Shown here: one piece after another, positions 36,701 to 45,094 of the stretch
Position numbering within the stretch: the stretch's first letter is position 1
How the letters are laid out: every line of letters starts with the position of its first letter
Source: Mesotaenium endlicherianum
Taxonomy: Eukaryota
NCBI GenBank assembly: GCA_009602735.1
Contig: WELA01002318.1
Coordinates: 29,597 to 74,690 of the forward strand
Length of the DNA: 45,094 nt
Direction: 5' to 3'
Translations under genes and position numbers: made by a program
The notes under the pieces: generated by a model
The model's input: the letters and a program-made list of their open reading frames with translations, nothing else
Database searches by the model: none
Told to the model about the DNA's origin: nothing

Positions 36701-39700
36701 CTGACTCTCAGGCAGAGCAAACACTGGGCCACCCTTCCTGAGCCATGGCAGGCAGCGCAAGAGCAAGCACAGGCTGTTGTTGCAGCTGCTCGCTCATTCC
36801 ACAGCCTTGGCCTCGGCCCACAGCAGGCTAGCTCACGCAGCAGGGGAGGGCGACAACGCATCCCCCCGGCTTCCTCTGCTTCTAGGTCCACAGCAGGGAC
36901 CGCACCACCCCCCTCCTCAGGCTGCTTCCAAAGTGGCTGGCCACTCCCCCTCAGTTCCAATAGAGCAGCCCCTGAAGAAGAGTGCTGCTAAATGCGTTGA
37001 TTAGCTTTGCTCCTCTAACCTGTCCGGTGCATTTAGGGTGCATCGGCGTAGAATCATTCTGCTTGTGGCTGTGCGTCTGCTTGAAAGCTCGTCACTTGAT
37101 CCCTTGCTTTGCTTGCTGACTACAAGCTGCTCCACTGATACGGGCGGGAGGGGGCCAGGGAGGGAGGTTATGGCAGATGCCAAAACTGCGGCAGTCCTTC
37201 GCATTTTTTGGGGGGGGGAGGCGNNNNNNNNNNNNNNNNNNNNNNNNNNNNNNNNNNNNNNNNNNNNNNNNNNNNNNNNNNNNNNNNNNNNNNNNNNNNN
37301 NNNNNNNNNNNNNNNNNNNNNNNNNNNNNNNNNNGGGGGGGGGGCGGGTTGTGTGGGAAGGAGGGTGGTGGAACATGCGGTTGCACCAGCTTTAAAGCCC
37401 CACATAGACTATTACCACAAAGGGCGAGCTGGCACATGCACAAGCTTTTATATCCCTGCGTAGGCCACTACCAAGAGGCAGGCCGGCTTATATGCATACA
37501 TATGATTAGCAGCGTAAAAATTAGCAGAAGGTAAAAAAAATAGGGCACTCTGGCACAGGCCAATAGTCTCTGCTGACCTGAAGGGGTGAGGGAGAAGAGA
37601 GGGAGAGTGAGTGATGAAGAGGGGGGTGAGAGGAGGCGTACTTGTTAACATCTGGATGGAATTTTCGCGCCAGCCGTCTGTAAGCTGCACAGCCGAAATG
37701 GTCGCAGGAAGAGAGACAGAGGGACAGAGAGAGAAAAAAAAGCAACATCAGGAGGCAGATGGGATGGTCTATGCTCCCAGGTTCCAAGTCGCAGGAGCTT
37801 GGGCCAGACTGGAACAGACAGGAGTGATAGAGAAATACGGACGGAGAAGGGGGAAAGACCCTCTTCTCCTCCTCCTCCTCCTCCTCCTCCGGCTAGTGCT
37901 GCTGCTGCTGCTCCTGCTGCTCCCACTTCCAGTAGTCTGCTGTATGAAAAGCTGTGTAATGTGCTCATAACCATTATCAGCTCACATGTATATTTCATGC
38001 GATAAGCTCGGGTGTTATTACAGCTTCACCATCAATGCCCTCTGCAGTTACTCCTTAAGCAAAGTAGTCGCTTACCATCTTGCCTCCGTCTCTTAAGACC
38101 AAAATAAGATGCTGTCTCATGAAAGGCCAAAGCCTTCTGCTCTACAACAGATAGTATCAAGTCAAACACATAACATACACTATGTAAGCTACTAAGACCA
38201 CAGCTTCATACAGCTGAATACAGACAACTGGGAGGAAGAGGGGGGGGAGCTTGATGATTGTGGGGAAGGGCGGTGCTGACTCACCACTTTTGATCTCGGA
38301 CTTCTCCGAGTTCTTCTTAACGCCTAGCGTGGAGTAGAAGTCCTGTTGCAAGCGGAGAATGAAAAAAATGGACACATGTGCAAATTTGATGGAATAGTGA
38401 GTCACTTTGTAAGCCGCTTCAAGTGCCTGCCCTAAGGCATTCTTAATACTGCCCACAGATCTAAAAGCCGGTTTTTTGTCGCGCTCCAGTGCCAGGCAGA
38501 AGCTCCGGAAAAGTTTAGAAGATCAGTCGGTGAATAACAAATACGTAAATTGGTCATTGCACAGCTCACGCTTAACTTAATCATGACATAAGTGTGACCA
38601 GAGCCCTCTCCAGCTCAGCACCCATGTCAGAGTCGGCACGAACTCGTGAATCTGTGCTCGGGTCAGAAGCTTAAAAGTACGAAGAGGAAGGAAAACTGAC
38701 GGCATCTGCTCTGACGGCCAGCTGCGACGACTTTCTCCTCCTTGAAGTGCGTGCTGAGGCCCTCGACGCGCCTGCCCCGAGTCCTTGGCCACTAAGGAAG
38801 ACACTGCTGGAGGATCCACACCTCACATCGCTCTTCAGCCTGCAGCAAGAAAATAATTCACAGAGCCGGAGGTTCAAACATAGCTCAAATGCCCATATGG
38901 ATCACCTTACCGGGCACGGGCTAGCTCTTCTGGACTTTCTACGATCATACTACAAAGTAAAGGGAAACTCTGCCTACCTTTCTGTGGGCAGGGGTTTATC
39001 TATGGACTTATGAAGTAAAGCCAGCATCCTCCGTACTTCACTGCTAGAGGCGGCTCAGACAATGCATCTCTGCATGGTAGTAACTGTAGTATGCAAAGGA
39101 GGATGCTGGAAAGGATTAAAGTAAGTGCTAGAGATTTACAACAGCAGTACAAGTATGCTCACAGCAGATGCTGGAAAGCAACGAAGTAAATGCTAGAGAC
39201 TTACAACAGCAGCTTTCAGTTTAAGAGGGGCCAGCCTCATCAGTTAAATCCCTTAGTGTGATACCATTGGCTTTACGCCAGTCTGTCAATACGTGCACTA
39301 TGTATCTCGTCATCTGAGACGGCCCATCTGAAGATTTACAACAGCTAGAAATTTATAACAGCAGTACGATTATGCTCACAGCAGATGCTGGAAGCAACGA
39401 AGTAAGTGCTAGAGATGTATAGCAGCAGTACAATTATGCTCACAGCAGCAATAAATTCAAGAGGGGCCAGTCTCATCAGTTAAATCCCTTAGTGTGACAC
39501 CATTGGCTTTAAGCCAGTCTGGCAATACGTGCACTATGTATCTCGTCATCTGAGACGGCCCATCTAAGACATAACTCTTGCACTCAAGAAAGTAAGTACC
39601 TCTGAAGCAGTAAGAGAACACACACGCGCAGTATGCTTGTCTCATGGAATTGTACTTATCATACAATTTCAGTGTCTCAGTATGTGCTAAATTTTTGCAA

Positions 39701-40064
39701 TGACTACCCTTCCATAAACAGCTGGTATGAGCTCCAGTGAATGGCAAACCAAACCAAAATGATGAAAGCACAAATGATCAAGCACAACCGACAGCATGTA
39801 TCAGCGTATGCAAATGCTCAATGCATGATAGAGCTCAATTTATTTGGTGGGCTGACAATGTGGCCAACGACGGACATTCCTTGAACAGCACGCAATAGCT
39901 TGTGTTTACCCCTTGATTGATCGGGAGAGCCGGGGGAGGGCCCCTTCACTTGAAGAAGCTTGACAACGAACATGTGAACTGCCGCTTGTCCTCTGACTAG
40001 ATGCACCCTTGTATGCCCCGACGCAGACAATGCCTGACGCTGCAGGCAAAGTTGCTGATGCCAT
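30745..40064 (-). CDS. dnaJ: Plastid type-A DnaJ co-chaperone (J domain, G/F region, zinc finger, C-terminal domain)
   Basis: Ten phase-consistent exons: 40064-39910, 38839-38701, 38342-38285, 37684-37642, 36375-36327, 35069-34983, 33635-33366, 32592-32446, 31839-31591, 30921-30745. Transit peptide ends ...LAVRADA; J domain DFYSTLGV...[22 protein letters not shown]; four CxxCxGxG repeats; [13 protein letters not shown]...GDLYV; IPAGTQPG. Confidence 0.96.
34304..34493. repeat. Direct tandem duplication of about 95 bp in a DnaJ intron
   Basis: gtgcgagcaaacagacaaacgtgcacac...gttgcagggaggcatgcgcaa starts at 34304 and again at 34399 with few differences. Confidence 0.85.
39228..39325 (-). ncRNA. 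Intronic box C/D snoRNA, copy A (snR41/SNORD62/snoR41Y-type 18S guide)
   Basis: Minus strand: terminal stem gggccgtctca...tgaggctggccc, box C ATGACGA (39313-39307), box D CTGA (39243-39240). The D guide TAAGGGATTTA is complementary to 18S UAAAUCCCUUA, and the 5' guide GTGCACGTATT to 18S AAUACGUGCA(C) (18S recalled from memory). Same strand as the host DnaJ intron 1. Confidence 0.85.
39464..39561 (-). ncRNA. Intronic box C/D snoRNA, copy B
   Basis: Near-identical paralogue with stem gggccgtctca...tgagactggccc, box C at 39549-39543 and box D at 39479-39476. Both guide sequences are unchanged. Confidence 0.85.
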
Positions 40065-41938
40065 GACGTGCATCCGAAAATTGTATTTGCTACAAGTATA
40101 TATATGATCCGGCGATACAAATTCTCTAAGTACCCACACGTCCCCCAAGGGTACACGCTAGTCAGAGTTAGAAAAGCTCCTCAAAGGACGAAAGTCCTCA
40201 CAAGATAAGGGAAAAAACACGCAGAAGAACACCAAGTAAGGCGCAGCTGGCTACACTGACAACCAGAACCCAGCAATTAACGCTTCCTACTAGTTCCCAC
40301 TACTTCTCACTGCTCTTCAGGCTTTTCGTCCCAAGTACGTAACACAATGGCCGCAAAGTCGGAGGCTCTGAATCTCGTGCTTCGAACACACACATAGGCG
40401 ACATGGAAGTCACACATTGCACGCTGCCAAAGCTCTGCAATATGCAGAATCGGGGCCCAAGCAGGACAAGCAAGGAACGCCTCTAGAGTCTAGAGCTCTT
40501 AAGTAATGTGGGACGTAGATGAACTCGGGCTGCACCAAAGCAAGCGGATCGGGCGGTACTTAATCACGCCACGCAGGAAGACGCTCCTCGTGGTTGAGAA
40601 AAAGGAGCAGAAGCAAGCAGAGCCAAGCAGAGGCGTGAGAGCGTGTGAAAACTTCTGGAAGCTTTTTGTTTTGTCGTTTCTGGTTTCGGTCATGGCGGCT
40701 CACGTACATGACGACTGTGAAGAACATGACCAAAGTCTTTGTTGGGTCGACTTATGGTCCGGCCAGGTCGGTCCAGGTCAATCCTCTGCCCCACTTTGCC
40801 CTGCTCCAACGCTGCTCCATGCAACTGTACGTCTATCTGCGTGGTTGCATTCTGGTTCAGATCTGGTAAGATGGACTTGGATACGCGTGAGTGCACGTAT
40901 GTGATTTCAGACGATTCTAAATTATGTACTACCTCCTCAACTTTTGACGACTAGTTTTGGATATCATTGTTTTGGCCAGATCTCGTGCACAAGACGGAGA
41001 TAGTCTCGCGACAGTGTATTATTGTTAGACCGATGCTTGAATGGAATTAAGATTGGCTTCAACAACTCAATTCTAACATTCCTTGCCAAATGAACAAACT
41101 TACTTTTTTGAAGAAGCCATCATCATGCACTACTGTATGACATACGAGATTATTATGATACTAGGATCTCAAGACACAAGGGTCACCTCCATGTTTCCTC
41201 TGAAGCTTCATATTACCTTGTTTCGCATACATACAAGCAGTTAAATTGCAAATTATAACAATCAAGTCAATTACTGGTGGAATCTCTGAGTGCCAAAGGT
41301 TGCATGCATGGAGCACAAGAAGCCGATGTATATTAGTTGCCCTACTTGGAGACTCATTATCTGGACACTGATCCTAGGGCCCAGACAATGAATCCAAGCC
41401 TACTATTATTAGAAATGTGGTGTGTTACCTTCGCTAAATTATAAGTCGATGTCTCCAACAAGGTAACACCGATGAGGTGCATTGACACCTTCCATGTTCC
41501 TCAAGAAATTTGTGTTGACATCTCAAAACTAGTACATTTAAAAATCAGCAATGTACTTACACGTCAAGCCAGAGCACAAAGCAATGTATGCCCTCACACT
41601 TTCACATATATTTACAATGGCACTTCCACTTCCACAACCGCACACGCATTCGCAGACTACCTTTACTATCACCTTCTTCTCCACTCTCCCTCTCCCATAC
41701 ACATCTGAATTTCTTGTCATCAAAACCATTCTCAGAAATGACGTATCATAATTTGACTTTGATCAGCACGAGACATGTCACAATGGACACTCACTGGGTT
41801 TGCTTTGAAAGACCCCTAATTTGTGATGCCATGTAAATTTAACGCAAACTGTGAAAAAGGCAGCTTAAAAAACTATAAGAATACGCAGCGAGAAACTAGG
41901 GGATGAATTAAGAGACGGTCAATGACATCAAAAAATCC

Positions 41939-42297
41939 CTAAATAAAAATCACCTCCAACTTGGGGCAGGGGTGCGTGCCTACGTATTGTCTTAGTTGTT
42001 CGTCGCTTCGAAACGACGCATTTCTGTAGAGGGCATCCTTTTGCGTCGAAGCGGCCGGATACATCCTATAAATCCGCAAACTACTGATATTCTGAACGAG
42101 AACCTTGGGGCGCTTCGTCCACCACACAGGCTGATGCTTCTTCGCCCCAAACGCGTCCAGGGTGGCATTCTTCAAGCCCTCCAGCGTGATCGCGCCGCCG
42201 CGCATGAACAGGGAGGAGAAGTAGAAGCGGCCGCGCTCTCTGACCGAGATGTGGTACACCGTGTGCCGCTGCCCGTCCTCGTCCTCCTGCATGCACC

Positions 42298-42384
<87 letters not shown>

Positions 42385-42457
42385 NNNNNNNNNNNNNNNN
42401 NNNNNNNNNNNNNNNNNNNNNNNNNNNNNNNNNNNNNNNNNNNNNNNNNNNNNNNNN

Positions 42458-42512
<55 letters not shown>

Positions 42513-44734
42513 ACGAGACGACTGAGGGATGCTTCTTGGGAGGAAGCATGCCACGCCGTCACCAGCTTGGCAATTTCTGAATGCTTGCAGGCCTTTCACA
42601 TTCAGCACATGCTAGAAACTTGGTAGCCTGACAACGCGTGGGGGCCCACAATAGCACGCACTCACTCTTGCGCGTCTACGTGGCAAGCTAGCGGGACATT
42701 TCTACTGACGCTCGACAGGCCCCTACCCATATAGGCCCTGCCCAAATAGGCCCTGCCCAAATAGGCCCTACCCAAATAAAAAGGGCGGTGCATGCATAAC
42801 GTACGCTTGCGCACGACAGCAACTCCCCAATGCAGTCAAAGGACCTCAGGGGTGGGCCACTGCAGCAAGCGCAGCCAAAGCAGGACAAGTAGTCACAGCA
42901 GGTACGGAATGGCGACAGAAATGGAGACGTCCCTGACAGGGCACGCACACCGCTGGCTTCACTTAACATCACATGCGACATCATTGAGTAGAGAGCAGAC
43001 AGGAGGGGGGCCACTACAGAGCCGGCTCAAGTATTGACGCCAAACCCTCCCTGGAAGAGAGACCCCTCTAGGCTCCTTCATTCCCTCCCTCGCTCCCTCC
43101 CTCCTCCCTCTCTCACCCTCCCTCCCTCCCTCCCTCCCTCCGTCACCCTCTCTCACCCTCCCTCCTTCCCACTCTGACTCCCCCGTTGTCCATCCCTCCC
43201 TTGCTCTCCCTCGCTCCCCTCCTCCCCCGTTGTCCATCCCTCCCTTGCTTTCTCTTGTTTCGTCTCACTCTCTCACAGGGGAAGCTAGAATGGTGGCAAA
43301 AATATCAAACTCTTCCAGAGAGGAAGGTATCCCTCCAGGCTCACCCTTCGAGAAGCTGCCAGACTCGCATTAAAGTGAAGAGTCAAACCCCTTCCCAGAA
43401 AAAAAATTTGGGACCTCTCCAGCATCACCCTCCACGCTCTCCCTTTCGTTTGGCTCTCCCTCCAAACCGGCTCTCCCTCGCCCTCCCCCCCTCCCTCTCT
43501 CTTTGGCGCTCCCTCTAGGCGCATTCTCTCCAGGCCCTCTCCTTGAGCTCGACTCTTCCCCTAGGCATGTCTTTCTCTCCCTCTCCCTCTCCCTCTCCCT
43601 TTCAACCCCTACCACTCCCTCTAACTCTACCTCTCCACATCTCTCTCCCTCTGGCCGCCGACACTGGCGCCGCTGCGGCGTTGCTGGCGGCGTACCTGCA
43701 GGGCCGGTCGGCCTGCTGGTTGATCTCCTCCTTGTGCTGGAGGCTGTCCGCCAGGAAGACGCAGAGGCGGCACGACGAGTGCACGGCCGACATGTCCATG
43801 AGCGCCTTGAACTGGTCGCTGGGGCCCGCAGTCTTCCACTCCAGCATCTTCTCGTACGCCTCCTTGTCCTTGCTGAGCGCCACCATCTGGCGCCCCACCT
43901 CCCTCACCTCCTCCACGCTCTGCCCCCGCACGCACGCACACACAGCACGCACGCCGCACACGCACATGCACGCACGCACGCACGCGCGCACGCGTTCCCC
44001 GCAGCAGCCGCCATGTGGGCGCAAGTTGGTAAGGGGACTGGCTTTGCAATGCCTGCATGCATGAATGCATGCGGTCGGTCAAGAGCCCCACCCAAGTGCG
44101 CGCCCACATTTTGTTGAAAGCATAAACCGCGCGGACCAGGGGTGCAAAGGACCATTGCACACGCTTGCGGGCGGCAAGCAGGGGGCGCGGAGGGGACGCA
44201 CGTCTGCATGCCGCGCATGCAAGCGCGCACGTGTGTGTGTGTGTATGTGAGAGAGAGAGGGAGGGGGAGAGTGTGCGGCCACCTGGGAGGGAGGGCAAAG
44301 GAATGGGGGGGGTGCGGAAGTATCCGAGTATGTACATGTGTGTGCTCGTAGACATAAGCAAATGCATTACCAGCCGAGGACGAGGAAGAGAGGCCATTTA
44401 CGCAATAAGCTGTCAGCGCGAGTGTGCCTGTACATGTTCGTACGCTAAGTGCGGTGTGTACTGTCAGTCAGGAGTGAAAGCACGCGCAGATTTCTCGTCA
44501 TGGTGGTGGGTGAGTGAGTGGATGGGTAGGGGGGGGGGGGCTGGTGTGGTCTGTTGATACCTTGATATGAAGGTAGGAGTTGGGGGAGGGAGCAAAGTCG
44601 GCGATGTTGGGGGCGCCCACGACGATGGGCACGGCGCCCACCACGAGGCTGCCCCAGAACTTCTCCGTCACGTAGTCCTCCTCGCACGAGTTCTCAAACG
44701 CGAGCGAGAACTTGTACCGCTTCACCACTGCCAG
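41939..44734 (-). CDS. FUT11: Glycoprotein core alpha-1,3-fucosyltransferase (GT10, FucTA/FucTB type); 3' exons only, 5' part beyond the right edge
   Basis: Exons about 44734-44561 ([40 protein letters not shown], the GT10 motif), 43919-43696 ([26 protein letters not shown]) and 42296-41939 ([13 protein letters not shown]...[15 protein letters not shown], plant C-terminal domain). FUT11 versus FUT12 cannot be resolved. Confidence 0.93.
42301..42511. repeat. (GA)n microsatellite spanning a gap, directly at the FucT last-intron acceptor
   Basis: Pure GA repeat on both sides of the N gap; on the gene strand it reads (TC)n-gcag and so forms the polypyrimidine tract. Confidence 0.95.
42718..42778. 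repeat. 15-bp tandem repeat, 4 copies (GGCCCTRCCCAWATA)
   Basis: ggcccctacccatata ggccctgcccaaata ggccctgcccaaata ggccctacccaaata, inside a FucT intron. Confidence 0.85.
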
Positions 44735-45094
44735 CTATCGCACCCCCGCCGCCCGGGCGTGCACGGAGCAAACAACGGCCAGTCCAACAGTTCAAAGCGA
44801 TCAACACATTAAGGATACGGAGCACAGGAGCACAGGAGCACAGCAGCACAGGAGCACAAGAGCGGCACAGATGCGTGACCGCCAATCTTAGACACAACCT
44901 TGGGGTCGAGGAAGGCTACAGCGTTGGCAATGCAGTTCAGGATAGGATCCGAATCGAAAAGAGAGAGGAGCCAGAACCGCAAATGCCAGAACCGCAAATG
45001 CGCGCCTGGAGCTCGGGGGTGAGCCTGATGCTGCCTCAATGGCTGCTGGATGTGAGGCATGACAGCCATGAGAGCGAGGGAGGGAGGGAGGGAG

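Noticed and set aside
39100..39570. Repeat-spacer pattern considered as a CRISPR-like array
   Set aside because: Eukaryotic intron, the 'spacers' are themselves duplicates (the snoRNA), units are irregular, and there are no cas genes.
39769..39855. Plus-strand ATGATGA...CTGA spaced like a C/D snoRNA
   Set aside because: Antisense to the host gene, no terminal stem and no recognisable rRNA complementarity.
44809..45069. Minus-strand ORF as the next upstream FucT exon
   Set aside because: Built from short tandem repeats (gagcacag, gccagaaccgcaaat) and lacks the expected DSYG.C motif; intronic.

Overview
Eukaryotic, intron-rich plant-lineage nuclear DNA from a draft assembly with eight long N gaps and two single-N joins (5996, 14016). 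The land-plant-type gene set and the microsatellite/poly-G-rich introns suggest a streptophyte alga such as a zygnematophyte, but this is inference. Spliced genes reconstructed by hand: the 5' part of a plastid DEAD-box helicase RH58-like gene (-), a lipid-droplet-associated alpha/beta hydrolase (+), a divergent ENTH/epsin-like protein (-), a complete 3xHMG-box protein (-), a complete plastid type-A DnaJ (-), and the 3' part of a core alpha-1,3-fucosyltransferase (-). A poorly resolved + strand region (about 4.2-9.7 kb) holds a long low-complexity ORF, an orphan CCX-like exon and a tail-anchor-like terminal exon. Non-coding highlights: two tandem box C/D snoRNAs in DnaJ intron 1, each with two guides complementary to 18S rRNA; a 901-bp PIF/Harbinger (Tourist-like) MITE with TAA target-site duplication, nested internal TIR copies and E2F/CHR-like motifs; and an MSA (AACGG) cluster upstream of the 3xHMG-box gene. 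Family assignments come from motif recognition, not database searches.
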